A DNA stretch of 64,000 nucleotides from an uncultured Candidatus Saccharibacteria bacterium (lineage in GTDB: Bacteria; Patescibacteriota; Minisyncoccia; Phycocordibacterales; GWA1-40-21), in the NCBI GenBank assembly GCA_964613715.1, contig CAZTJK010000004.1, forward strand, positions 3,834 through 67,833, written 5' to 3'. A program made the translations under genes and the position numbers. Every line of letters begins with the position of its first letter. The stretch's first letter is position 1. Positions 26,033-35,703 of the stretch are shown here, piece by piece. The notes below the pieces were generated by a model. That model was not told the DNA's origin. It was given only the letters and a program-made list of their open reading frames with translations, and made no database searches.

Positions 26033-27301
26033 CTAGAATTTCAAGACATCCGAAAACTCCTTTTTATCCTTGAATTTCCCCACAACGGCGAGATTGAGCC
26101 CTTCGTTCTTGAAGATACGCTCGGCGACGAATTTCACGTCCGCAGCCGTCACTGCCTTCACTTCCTTGATAAGCTCATCGGCAGTCTTCAGTTTTTCATT
26201 GAGCACCTCCTGCATGCCGAAGAATTCAGCGAGCGAATCAGACGATTCAAGACCGAGGTTCTGGGTACCGATGAGATAGCGCTTTGCCTTTTCAAGCTCA
26301 TCGGCAGAAATCACCTCGGTTTTCAGGCGGCGAAGCTCGCCGACAATCGCACTCACCCCTTCTTTGACCCGCTTGCTGTCGACACCGGACGAGACGGCAA
26401 AGACGCCGTGATCGGTAAATGAATCGTTGTCCGCATGCACGCTGTAGCAGATGCCGAGCTCTTCGCGCATTTTCATAAAGAGGCGCGAGCTGAAACCACC
26501 AGACAGGATACTGCGAATGACGCGTAGCACCGGAGCATATTTACTATGTACATTGAATGAGCGCACGCCGACGATGATATGCGTCTGATCAGTATCTTTG
26601 TAATAGACTGTCGCAGCCGGCGACCCTTGGAACTCGGCGACTTTCTGCTTGTCCCCTTTCTTCCAGGTGCCCGCCTTCTGGAACAGCTTCATCACTTTTT
26701 TCTGTACGTCCTTTTCGCTGATCTTTCCGGCCACAATGACCGTCGTTGCCGGGGCAACATAGTGCTTGCCGCGATAGTCGATGAAATCGGCACGCTTGGT
26801 CTTCAGGATATTCTCCTTGGGCCCAAGTATTTTCCAGCCAGCCGGCTGATCCCCATACAAGAGCTTATAGAATTCATCTGCAGCGATTGAGGACGGCAAA
26901 TCCATGTGGCGGTTGATCTCCTCGATGATGACGCCCTTTTCCTTTTCTATTTCTGCTTCTGGAAAGGTCGGGTTCAGATAGATATCGGAGACGACATCGA
27001 GCACCGTGTCGAGATTCTTATAATCCGCCTTGGCATAATAGCCGGTATATTCGTGGCCGGTGAATGCATTGTAGATCGCGCCGATGCCGTCGAGCTCTTT
27101 GGAAATATCCTTGGATGTCGGGCGATTCGTCGTACCCTTGAAGCACATATGCTCGAGAAAATGCGAGATGCCATTATTGTCCTTGTGCTCGTATTTGGAG
27201 CCAGTCTCGACGAGGATGAGCACGGTGACCGTCGGATTCGACTTCATCGGCACCGTGATGACCCGCAGGCCGTTCTTCAAAATTTTTTTCGTATATTGCA
27301 T
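26033..27301 (-). CDS. M16 family zinc peptidase (insulinase-like)
   Basis: Inverted zinc motif HFLEHM...E. I place the start at the ATG at 27301 (MQYTKKILKNGLRV); the longer track ORF runs through the glyQS terminator. Confidence 0.8.
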   Translation of the reverse strand: MQYTKKILKNGLRVITVPMKSNPTVTVLILVETGSKYEHKDNNGISHFLEHMCFKGTTNRPTSKDISKELDGIGAIYNAFTGHEYTGYYAKADYKNLDTVLDVVSDIYLNPTFPEAEIEKEKGVIIEEINRHMDLPSSIAADEFYKLLYGDQPAGWKILGPKENILKTKRADFIDYRGKHYVAPATTVIVAGKISEKDVQKKVMKLFQKAGTWKKGDKQKVAEFQGSPAATVYYKDTDQTHIIVGVRSFNVHSKYAPVLRVIRSILSGGFSSRLFMKMREELGICYSVHADNDSFTDHGVFAVSSGVDSKRVKEGVSAIVGELRRLKTEVISADELEKAKRYLIGTQNLGLESSDSLAEFFGMQEVLNEKLKTADELIKEVKAVTAADVKFVAERIFKNEGLNLAVVGKFKDKKEFSDVLKF

Positions 27302-27317
27302 AAGAAGAATATAGCAT

Positions 27318-27355
27318 AAAAAAATACGCCTGCCGACAGGCAGGCGTATTTTTTT
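27318..27355 (-). terminator. intrinsic terminator after glyQS
   Basis: A7-TACGCCTGCC-gaca-GGCAGGCGTA-T7. Confidence 0.65.
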
Positions 27356-28679
27356 ATGCAAGCATTTTTTTCAAATGGTCTTGCAGAGCGGAAATTTTTA
27401 TTCTCTCCTGCTTACCGGTATCGCGGTCGCGGACGGTCACGCAATCATCTTTTTCGAGCGTCTCGAAGTCGACAGTCACGCAGTACGGCGTGCCGATCTC
27501 GTCCTGGCGGCGATAGCGCTTTCCGATATTGCCATTATCATCGAACATCACTGCGCCAAATTCTTTTTTCAAGGCAGCGTATACTTCGCGTGCTTTCTTC
27601 ACGAGCTCCGGCTTGTTCTTCAGAAGCGGAAAAACGGCGATCTTCACTGGCGCAAGCGCAGGCTTGAAGCGCATGAAAATGCGCTTCTCCCCGCCGAGAT
27701 CGTCTTCGGTATAGGCCTCGGCAATGACCGCAAGGATGCTGCGATCGACACCGAAGGTCGGCTCGACGCAATGCGGCGTAAATTTCTGTTTGGCCTCTTC
27801 ATCCATGTATTCGAGGCTGACGCCCGAGGCATTGGAGTGGTTCTTCAGATCAAAATCGGTGCGGTATGCGAGGCCGTAGAGCTCGTTGACGCCAAACGGG
27901 AAATCGTATTCGAAATCGATCGTGCGCTTGGAATAATGTGCGAGCTTCTCCTTTGGCACTTCGAGCTCGTGAATATGATCTTTCGAAAGGCCAAGGGTCT
28001 CCGTCATCCATTTCCACATTTCTCCTCTCCAGTATTCAAACACTTTCTCCCAGTCCTCCCCTTTTAGGAAATACTCGATCTCCATCTGCTCGAATTCGCG
28101 GGAGCGGAAGGTGAAATCGCGCGGCGCGATCTCGTTCCTGAACGCTTTGCCGATCTGCGCGAGGCCAAATGGCAGCTTCGGGTGGAACGAATCGACAACA
28201 TTCTTATAATTGACGAACATGCCCTGGGCAGTTTCCGGGCGCAGATATGAGACAGATTCATCATTCTGCACGGGACCGACATTCGTCTTGAACATCATAT
28301 TGAACTGGCGCGCTTCGCCGAGCTCGCCGCCGCATTCCGGGCATTTCTTCTGGTCTTCGAGCTGGTCGGCGCGGAAGCGCTTCTTGCATTTCTTGCATTC
28401 GACGAGCGGATCGGAAAAGGTGGCGACATGGCCGGACGCACGCCACACATTCTGATTCATGAGAATTGCCGCATCAACACCGTACATGTCTTCGCGGTCG
28501 GTCACGAACGTCTTCCACCAGAGATTCCTGATATTATTTTTCAGCGTAATACCGAGCGGACCATAGTCCCAGGTACCGGCGAGGCCGCCATAGATTTCCG
28601 ATCCCTGATAGATAAAGCCGCGGCGCTTGGCGAGCGAGATGATGTCCTCCATGCGTGCGTTTGATTCCTTTTTCGCCAT
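27354..28679 (-). CDS. glyQS: glycine--tRNA ligase (alpha2, archaeal/eukaryotic-like type)
   Basis: N-terminal RRGFIYQGSEIYGGLAGTWDYGPLG and class II motifs. There is a Cys cluster (CKKCKK...CPECGGE). Confidence 0.85.
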   Translation of the reverse strand: MAKKESNARMEDIISLAKRRGFIYQGSEIYGGLAGTWDYGPLGITLKNNIRNLWWKTFVTDREDMYGVDAAILMNQNVWRASGHVATFSDPLVECKKCKKRFRADQLEDQKKCPECGGELGEARQFNMMFKTNVGPVQNDESVSYLRPETAQGMFVNYKNVVDSFHPKLPFGLAQIGKAFRNEIAPRDFTFRSREFEQMEIEYFLKGEDWEKVFEYWRGEMWKWMTETLGLSKDHIHELEVPKEKLAHYSKRTIDFEYDFPFGVNELYGLAYRTDFDLKNHSNASGVSLEYMDEEAKQKFTPHCVEPTFGVDRSILAVIAEAYTEDDLGGEKRIFMRFKPALAPVKIAVFPLLKNKPELVKKAREVYAALKKEFGAVMFDDNGNIGKRYRRQDEIGTPYCVTVDFETLEKDDCVTVRDRDTGKQERIKISALQDHLKKMLA

Positions 28680-28721
28680 ATTTTCGTACTGTATCCTAAA
28701 AGTAGGTCTTTTGCCAGCCAG

Positions 28722-30650
28722 TTATCTGCCGACCTTGCCGATGCCCGGGACGTATTGCGGGTCGTTCACCACATCGGTCGTGACTGCTGGGCGGTTCTCG
28801 GACAGCGTCTCGCCCGAATAGGAATCGGTGCCGGTGATCGTCGCGGCGTTAACGAGCGGCACATCGAAACCGAGTTGTGTGATCGACGGCGTAACAGACA
28901 CCTGGAATGAAACTTCTTTGGGCGGATACGTGGTGCCGGTGCCCGACTGCATGGCGCCAATAGTCCAGAGTACCTGCCGGGTAGCATCATTGTACGAGAC
29001 ATTTTCAGTTGTCGGACTCGTGAAGCCAGCCCATTTTACATTTGGCGGCAACGTCGCTGCGACGCTCACATTATTCGTGTTATTAAATGAATCGCTTGCA
29101 GTCCAGGTGACGGTGTATGTCGTTTCTTGATCGACTTTCGGCGGAAACGGCCCTGAATTCTCGAACGGGCCGATGGTGCGGAAACTGCGCGACAAGAGGC
29201 CAAGCCCCGAGGAGAGCTTCAGCGTTTTCTTGCCGCTATAAAGAAGCTCCGAGCTGTTGCCGCCGCTCGTGCGGCTGCCGGTGATCGTCGTCGTCATGGT
29301 TATCGCAGCATTGGCGAACTGCACATTGGTCGCTACCGACGGCAAAAGCGTCGCAAGGGTAAAATTCGCCGTCCCCTGATCGGAAGGAGCGAGAGTTTCA
29401 AGGTCGCCGAGGGTCGTCTTATCGAACGTGATGGTATTGTCCTTCGAGCTGTAGAAGCCGTTATCCACGCCGACCTGGGTCTTGTCGAGAATCTGCCCTG
29501 AGAGCTTTGTCACGACGCTTACATTGTAGATTTTTTCCGGCAAATTGTTCTGCCAGGTGAGGTTCGCGGTGATCTTGTCCCCGGCCGAAATCGGCACCGA
29601 GTCATCGGCGCTCTGATTGACGAGCATCGTAAGGCTCACCGATGCTTTTTGAATCGTGATGTCATCCATAGCAAGGGCAAGCGGCGTATCGATGGTGTTC
29701 TTGTCGGTCGATTTCGGCGTACCAACAGTGAATTTCAGCACCCGCTCCTCGCCATCCTGCCCATTGATCATACCCGTGATGATAATGGTGCGCTCCTGGC
29801 CTGGCGCGAGATCGCCGATCGTAAAAACGCTCTGATCGAGATTCGCCGGCTTGGTATTCGCGGATACGAAATCGAAACCAAACGGATAGTCAGCTTTCAG
29901 GATGAGATTGGTCAGGGCCGAGAGCGTATTCGATTTTATTTTTATCGTCATCTGCGTTTGCTGTCCGGCATTGACTTGGTTGTCGCCCGCTATCGTCAGC
30001 GTAACCGGAGAGGAGCTCAAGAGCACCGTATAATCCTTTTCCTTGCTGAAGACGGCGTTTGATCCGGGAATGCGGTATTCGACGGTGATCTTCACGGTTT
30101 CTTGCGTATTCTCCTGTCCGAAGAGTACCGCTTTGACCAGGCGCTCCTGGCTTTTGCCGACCGGCATGTCGCCGATGAGTAGGCTTTCGCGCGGCAAATC
30201 CTTTGATGAGGCATCGGCGGTTTTCGTGCCGCTCGGATACTCGATGCGAAGATCGACGGTATTAAGCACCGTCTGATTATTATTCGTCACCGTGATATCA
30301 AGCGGTAGCACTTCCCCGCCTGCGACCGACACCGGGCCGTTGACGGCAATGCCGATATTGTTTGCAGACACGGTATTCGACCCCGCTAAAAACGTATAGG
30401 CTGCAAAAGCGACGGCAAGGGCGAAAAAGACGAACGCGCCAAAGAGTATCTGGGGATAGGTCAGGCGGAAGCGGGATTCGGCTTTTACATCGTCCTGCCA
30501 AGCGGCTGGCGCTTCCGTACGCATATCGGCAGGAGAAATACCGTGGCGCTTCTTGGCGAAAATGCCGTCAGTATTCCTCGAGTAGAGGACGTCTTTGACG
30601 CTGTCGATCTTGCTTTTTTTCTCTTCGCCCTCGAACATATTCGAAGCCAA
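28722..30650 (-). CDS. single-pass membrane protein with large multi-domain ectodomain (lineage-specific, function unknown)
   Basis: ~75-aa cytoplasmic N-terminus, a TM helix (ILFGAFVFFALAVAFAAYTFLAG), then ~560 aa of repeated beta-rich segments. Confidence 0.45.
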   Translation of the reverse strand: MASNMFEGEEKKSKIDSVKDVLYSRNTDGIFAKKRHGISPADMRTEAPAAWQDDVKAESRFRLTYPQILFGAFVFFALAVAFAAYTFLAGSNTVSANNIGIAVNGPVSVAGGEVLPLDITVTNNNQTVLNTVDLRIEYPSGTKTADASSKDLPRESLLIGDMPVGKSQERLVKAVLFGQENTQETVKITVEYRIPGSNAVFSKEKDYTVLLSSSPVTLTIAGDNQVNAGQQTQMTIKIKSNTLSALTNLILKADYPFGFDFVSANTKPANLDQSVFTIGDLAPGQERTIIITGMINGQDGEERVLKFTVGTPKSTDKNTIDTPLALAMDDITIQKASVSLTMLVNQSADDSVPISAGDKITANLTWQNNLPEKIYNVSVVTKLSGQILDKTQVGVDNGFYSSKDNTITFDKTTLGDLETLAPSDQGTANFTLATLLPSVATNVQFANAAITMTTTITGSRTSGGNSSELLYSGKKTLKLSSGLGLLSRSFRTIGPFENSGPFPPKVDQETTYTVTWTASDSFNNTNNVSVAATLPPNVKWAGFTSPTTENVSYNDATRQVLWTIGAMQSGTGTTYPPKEVSFQVSVTPSITQLGFDVPLVNAATITGTDSYSGETLSENRPAVTTDVVNDPQYVPGIGKVGR

Positions 30651-30666
30651 TTATACCATGAAAATC

Positions 30667-31251
30667 CTACAGGCTGGTCTCTTTCAGCGCATCGTTGATG
30701 TCGCGGATCGCAGCGGAGCGAAGAGGCAGGAATGCGGCAAGCGAAGCATCCGAGATAGCAGTATCCCCGCTGAATGGCAGATATGCTGCGGAAGACTTGA
30801 AATAGCCGAGCACTGATAGGATGCGCAGGACCGTGAGGGTCTCCAGGCTTTTGAGCTCATCGCCATGAAGGTCATGCTGCGAAAGAAATGCGGCAAAATC
30901 GACAATACAGGAAAAAAGAGCTTCGTTCTTTTCTTCGCCATGCACAAGCCGCAAAAGAAGCGACAGGATATTCTGCATGACAGCGCGCTTGTCCGGCAAA
31001 GCAAGAAGATCGAACTGGGACCGGGCCTCAGCGCTCGTAATGCGCCAAAACTCCTTCCCTTTCACTACTGATAGAGAAATGAGCGAGAGCTCTTCGAGAT
31101 GGCCTTTGAGCTTCGATTTGCCGAGGCGGACACCCTGTGCGATAGCTCGGATAAATCCGAGGTCTTTGGTCAATAAAAAATACATGCGATTCGCCTCGCC
31201 CCGCGGGAGGCTTTTGACGATGATCGCGTCTGTCGTATAGATATGGTGCAC
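30667..31251 (-). CDS. recO: DNA repair protein RecO
   Basis: N-terminal OB-fold pattern AIIVKSLPRGEANRMYFLLTKDLGFIRAIAQGVRLGKSKLKGHLEELS matches the RecO family. Confidence 0.6.
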   Translation of the reverse strand: MHHIYTTDAIIVKSLPRGEANRMYFLLTKDLGFIRAIAQGVRLGKSKLKGHLEELSLISLSVVKGKEFWRITSAEARSQFDLLALPDKRAVMQNILSLLLRLVHGEEKNEALFSCIVDFAAFLSQHDLHGDELKSLETLTVLRILSVLGYFKSSAAYLPFSGDTAISDASLAAFLPLRSAAIRDINDALKETSL

Positions 31252-31258
31252 GGAACGC

Positions 31259-31759
31259 TTAGCTTGCTTTTGCGAGTACCGGCTCAGCTTCAGCGAGATT
31301 CGCAGCGAGCGTCGTCATTTCTTTTGCAAGGTCGATCTGATCCTGATACGCCTCCTTCAGAGCAGCAGCATTTGCAAACGGTTCTATGCCAAGGACCGTC
31401 TTCGCACGGAATGCTTTGATGCCATCTTCAAGCTCGAGTACTTTCGCCCGAAGGTCTTCTATGCCGGCAAGGGCGGATTTTTTCTGCTTCTTCTGCTCCT
31501 CGCACAGCTTCAATATTTCAGAGATATGCGGCACGAGGCTTGAGAATTTGATCTTATTCGTCACGTCGGCATCGGTAAATTGATCGATGAGCTTCACGCC
31601 AAGATCGAGGCGGCCTGCAATCGCACCCGCAGCGCGTACCGCATCCTGCTTCTCAATGCGGGCTCGATTCTTCTGGATCTCCGCCTGCTTTTCCTGATTG
31701 ATCCAGCCCTGCTCGATATGCAGATTCTCCTCGCCGCCAAATTGTTCGAATGATGTCAT
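31259..31759 (-). CDS. hypothetical coiled-coil protein
   Basis: 166 aa, Ala/Glu/Lys-rich with heptad-like periodicity and no recognised domain. Confidence 0.4.
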   Translation of the reverse strand: MTSFEQFGGEENLHIEQGWINQEKQAEIQKNRARIEKQDAVRAAGAIAGRLDLGVKLIDQFTDADVTNKIKFSSLVPHISEILKLCEEQKKQKKSALAGIEDLRAKVLELEDGIKAFRAKTVLGIEPFANAAALKEAYQDQIDLAKEMTTLAANLAEAEPVLAKAS

Positions 31760-31774
31760 GTGCCTAGTATAGCA

Positions 31775-34700
31775 TTATTTGAGCGCAAGCTTGAATGACA
31801 TACCGTCGGCATCAAGCGTCTCTCCCCCGGATACAGCCTCAAATGAGACTTTTTTCAGGCTCGTTGCCTTCATGATCTCGGCTTCAAAAGCTGCTATAAG
31901 CGCCTTGCCTGCTTTATCCGTTTCCACGGAAAGCATTGCCGGATCGCCCGGATTGAGTTTCGCTGCTTTACGGAGCTCCTGGACAGCGCGCATGATCTCG
32001 CGCACGATTCCCTCTTCTTTCAGTTCTTTCGTAAGCGTTGTGTCGAGCTCGAGGTCAGTTGCAAGCGACACATCAAAGCTAATTGCTTTGACATTGAGCT
32101 CATCTTTCACAAGATCGAAATATGCCGGGCTATCTTTGAGCAGAGCCGATTTGATGCGGACAGATGCAAGCGGCTGGCGCACTTTGATGCCTGATTTTGC
32201 GCGCGCCTCGAGGCCGAGAGAAACGATTCGGCGGGTTTCATGCATAAGCTCGAGCGTTTGCACTTCTCTCTCCGAAAGCGTGCCGACAAACTGCTCCGGC
32301 CAGCTTTCCAGATGTACGCTTTCCTTTTGCATGCCGCCCGTAATCTTTAGATAAAGGTCTTCCGCAAGAAACGGCAGAGACGGCGCGATGAGCTTGGCGA
32401 ATTCCATGAGCACGGCTTTCGTGGTGAGCATGGCAGCATTACGATCATTCGCATCGTCCGACTTGAAGCGGTCGCGCGAACGACGCAAATACCAGGTTGA
32501 AAGATCGTCGACGAAATCCGCAACTGGCCGCGTGGCGCGATCGAGCTCGTATGCATCAGTTGCACGGGTCATCTCGCTTGCGGTTTCCTTGAGGCGCGCG
32601 ACAATCCAACGATCGAGAATATTGTCAGACACACTCGTGTTCATATCTGCATCGAATCCGCCATACATCTCGAAAAAGGAATAGACATTCTGGACGCGCA
32701 TGATGATTTTCTTCCCGACATCATCGACGCCCTTGTTGGCGAATTTCAAATCCTCGGCTTTCACCACGGGCGATGACAAAAGGTAATAGCGCAGCGCATC
32801 AGCACTGTATTCTGACACGAGCTCGAGCGGATCGGAATAATTATGCAAATGCTTCGACATTTTCTGGCCGTCTTCGGCAAGGACAATGCCATTTACCACG
32901 ACGTTCTTGTAGGATGATTCCCCGAACAGCGCGACGGAGAGAATGAGCATCGTGTAGAACCAGCCGCGCGTCTGATCGAGGCCTTCGGCGATGAAATCGG
33001 CCGGAAAGCGCTTGTGGGCCTTCGGATCGAAGAGTTTGCCGTTCTCAAACGGATAATGCATCTCGCCATACGGCATCGAGCCCGATTCAAACCAGCAGTC
33101 GAAAACTTCCGACACGCGTTTCATCCGCCCGCCGCACGCGCAGGGCAAGACCACTTCGTCGATGAAGGGACGATGCATGTCGAGCTCGTAATTGCGATTG
33201 TGCGGAATCGGTGCAAATGGCAATTCACGTATCTCGGAATTCCCGATGAAATCGATCTGGGTGCGCGTCTTCACAAGCTCGGTCGGATGCATGCCTGCCG
33301 CGCCGCCGAAAAGAAGCCATATCGGCGTATTATGCGAGACGATGAGCACTGTCTTGCCAACATGCTTGGCATCGATATCGTACAGAAACTCAGTAATGCG
33401 ATTCTTCACCTGCGTGTAATTCTCGCCGCCTTCCGGTGTCTTCGAGAATTTTTCAAAGCGGGAGCCAAAAAATGCCTGATATTCTGCATCCGGTCTGCCG
33501 TCGAGCACTCCCACATATATTTCGTGCAGACGCTCGTCGAAAACGATCTTGTCTTTCGGATAGCCGATGGTCTCAGCGATGATTTCGGCAGTCTCGCGCG
33601 TGCGCATGAATGGAGACGCATAGATGATATCTACCTTTTCCGTTGCAAGTTTCTTCCCTGCCTCCGCTGCCTGATGCCGGCCATTTTGTGTCAGATGATT
33701 GACTGTTTTCGGATTGGAGCTCAAGGTCCGCGTCAGATTGCTTTCCGCTTCGCCATGGCGTGCGACCAGGAAGCGATTGCCCTTGTTCGTCTTCGCTTTG
33801 ATATCAGCAACTGAACCGATAAAATGGGTTTCCTTGCATTTCTCGCAGCGCCAGACTGGCAGCGGCGCGCCCCAGAAGCGCGATCGGGAAATCGCCCAGT
33901 CGCGCGCGCCCTCGAGCCATTTGCCGAAGCGGCCCTCGCCTACCTCGTGCGGTACCCAGGAAATATGCTTGTTCGCCTCGATGAGCTTGTCCTTGAATTT
34001 CGTCACTTCCACGAACCAGGAGCTCGTCGCATAATTCAAAAGCGGCGTATCGCAGCGATAGCAATGCGGATATGAGTGGGTGAATTTCTCTTTAGCGAAC
34101 AGCTTCCCCTTGCCCGCAAGGAATTTGATGACTTCGATATCGGCAAGCTGCGAATTCTCGATCGGCTTCACTTTCTGTCCGGCGAATTCTTTCACCTCCG
34201 GCTTGAAACGGCCGTCCATGCCGACATGCTGGATGAAGGGCAATTTGTTCGTATTACCGAGATTGAGGTCATCCTCACCGAATGCCGGCGCGATATGCAC
34301 AATGCCGGTGCCGTCTTCGGTAGTGACGAATGCTGCACCATATACTTTCCAGCCATTCTCGCGATTTTTCAGATCCGGCTTGTCATAATAATCGAAAAGC
34401 GGCGTGTATGGCATGCCGACAAGCGCAGAGCCTGGAATTTTCTCGAGCAATTCGTATGTTTCTTTGATGACCGGCAAACGCGGCTCGGCAAGGATGAATT
34501 TTTCCGCGCCGATCTGGATCTTCGCATAATCGATATCGGGATTCACCGCGAGCGCGACATTGCCCGGCAAGGTCCATGGCGTCGTCGTCCAGGCCAGGAA
34601 AAATGTTCCCGGTTCGTCTTTCGATTCGAATTTCGCAATGACTGAAATATCGGTAATGTCCTTGTAGCCTTGGCTCACCTCGAAATTCGAGAGTGTCGTG

Positions 34701-35278
34701 CCGCAATGCGGGCACAGATGCATGGATTTGAAACCTTCATAGACGAGGCCTTTGTCGTGAAGCTGTTTGAATACCCACCAGACGCTTTCGGTGAATGATG
34801 GATTGATCGTGCGGTAGTCGTTTTCCATATCGACGAAGCGGCCCATGCGCGGGATGATCTTCTTCCAGTCCTCGACATAGGTAAAGACTTTGCTTTTCGC
34901 GATGTCATTGAATTTCTCGAGGCCGAATTCCTCGATATCCTTTTTCGACTTCAGACCGATCTCCTTTTCGACGATATTCTCGATCGGCAAGCCGTGGCAG
35001 TCCCAGCCCCAGCGGCGCGGCACATGGTAGCCGCGCATAGTCTGATAGCGGCCGACATAATCCTTGATTGTGCCGGCAAGCAAATTGCCATAATGTGGCA
35101 AGCCGGTCGCAAACGGCGGACCGTCGTAAAAGACGAATTCCCCTCGTGGAGATTCCTTCGCGAGCGTTTTTGCGAAGATATTCTTTTCCTGCCAAAAGGC
35201 GAGTATTTCCTCTTCCCGTTCGGCAATTTTACTCTTGGCGACCGGCGCTTTCGGTTTTTCGTCTTTATTTTGAGCCAT
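31775..35278 (-). CDS. ileS: isoleucine--tRNA ligase (type 2) carrying an in-frame histidine-phosphatase (PGAM-like) domain insertion
   Basis: HYGN (HIGH) and KMSKH (KMSKS) class I motifs, a CP1 editing domain and a Zn knuckle WRCEKCKETH. About 190 aa containing RHGEAESN, SPFMRTRETAEI and LIVSHN are inserted between ...HFIGS and HRPFIDEVVLPCACGG.... Confidence 0.9.
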   Translation of the reverse strand: MAQNKDEKPKAPVAKSKIAEREEEILAFWQEKNIFAKTLAKESPRGEFVFYDGPPFATGLPHYGNLLAGTIKDYVGRYQTMRGYHVPRRWGWDCHGLPIENIVEKEIGLKSKKDIEEFGLEKFNDIAKSKVFTYVEDWKKIIPRMGRFVDMENDYRTINPSFTESVWWVFKQLHDKGLVYEGFKSMHLCPHCGTTLSNFEVSQGYKDITDISVIAKFESKDEPGTFFLAWTTTPWTLPGNVALAVNPDIDYAKIQIGAEKFILAEPRLPVIKETYELLEKIPGSALVGMPYTPLFDYYDKPDLKNRENGWKVYGAAFVTTEDGTGIVHIAPAFGEDDLNLGNTNKLPFIQHVGMDGRFKPEVKEFAGQKVKPIENSQLADIEVIKFLAGKGKLFAKEKFTHSYPHCYRCDTPLLNYATSSWFVEVTKFKDKLIEANKHISWVPHEVGEGRFGKWLEGARDWAISRSRFWGAPLPVWRCEKCKETHFIGSVADIKAKTNKGNRFLVARHGEAESNLTRTLSSNPKTVNHLTQNGRHQAAEAGKKLATEKVDIIYASPFMRTRETAEIIAETIGYPKDKIVFDERLHEIYVGVLDGRPDAEYQAFFGSRFEKFSKTPEGGENYTQVKNRITEFLYDIDAKHVGKTVLIVSHNTPIWLLFGGAAGMHPTELVKTRTQIDFIGNSEIRELPFAPIPHNRNYELDMHRPFIDEVVLPCACGGRMKRVSEVFDCWFESGSMPYGEMHYPFENGKLFDPKAHKRFPADFIAEGLDQTRGWFYTMLILSVALFGESSYKNVVVNGIVLAEDGQKMSKHLHNYSDPLELVSEYSADALRYYLLSSPVVKAEDLKFANKGVDDVGKKIIMRVQNVYSFFEMYGGFDADMNTSVSDNILDRWIVARLKETASEMTRATDAYELDRATRPVADFVDDLSTWYLRRSRDRFKSDDANDRNAAMLTTKAVLMEFAKLIAPSLPFLAEDLYLKITGGMQKESVHLESWPEQFVGTLSEREVQTLELMHETRRIVSLGLEARAKSGIKVRQPLASVRIKSALLKDSPAYFDLVKDELNVKAISFDVSLATDLELDTTLTKELKEEGIVREIMRAVQELRKAAKLNPGDPAMLSVETDKAGKALIAAFEAEIMKATSLKKVSFEAVSGGETLDADGMSFKLALK

Positions 35279-35317
35279 AGTTCAGATAGAAATCCATTGT
35301 AGCAGCTTTTTGCCAAA

Positions 35318-35349
35318 GAAAAAGGGCGGTCATTTTGTACCACCCTTCT
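35318..35349 (-). terminator. intrinsic terminator after the small Zn-ribbon gene
   Basis: On the minus strand AAGGGUGGU-acaaaaug-ACCGCCCUU (with one G-U pair), then UUUUCUUUGG. Confidence 0.5.
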
Positions 35350-35655
35350 TTATTCTGTCCAACTCAAATCAAAAAGTTCCCTGACTGCTTTCTTAATTTT
35401 ATGAACCTCTCCATTCTTAAGAATATTGTACAATGCGGAAATTCTTAGCATCGCATGCTCTATCCAAGCTAACCGACTCATATTAGAGACTGTTAATTCA
35501 GCTATCTGCTTTTTCAAATCAGCAATCTCTTTAAATGGTCCCTCAGCAAGCTTGTGTGGAAGATCGATATCACACTGTACACCCCCGCATGTCACACCAT
35601 TCTTTGAATCTATCATTGATGGTGTTTTGCATACAAAACAATGGCCTAATCGCAT
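35350..35655 (-). CDS. hypothetical small protein with N-terminal Cys4 zinc-ribbon-like motif, AT-rich gene
   Basis: Strong SD (GAGGAGGTG, 6 nt from the ATG), a CxxC...CxxxxC motif, and its own terminator. GC is about 38% against ~55% in the flanks. Confidence 0.5.
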   Translation of the reverse strand: MRLGHCFVCKTPSMIDSKNGVTCGGVQCDIDLPHKLAEGPFKEIADLKKQIAELTVSNMSRLAWIEHAMLRISALYNILKNGEVHKIKKAVRELFDLSWTE

Positions 35656-35703
35656 GAAAACACCTCCTCAAAAAATAGAGAGACAATTTCTACAAAAAAC
35701 ATA

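Noticed and set aside
27302-27361. Upstream 20-aa extension of the M16 peptidase ORF
   Set aside because: The extension runs through the glyQS terminator hairpin and into the glyQS stop codon. The ATG at 27301 gives a sensible start.
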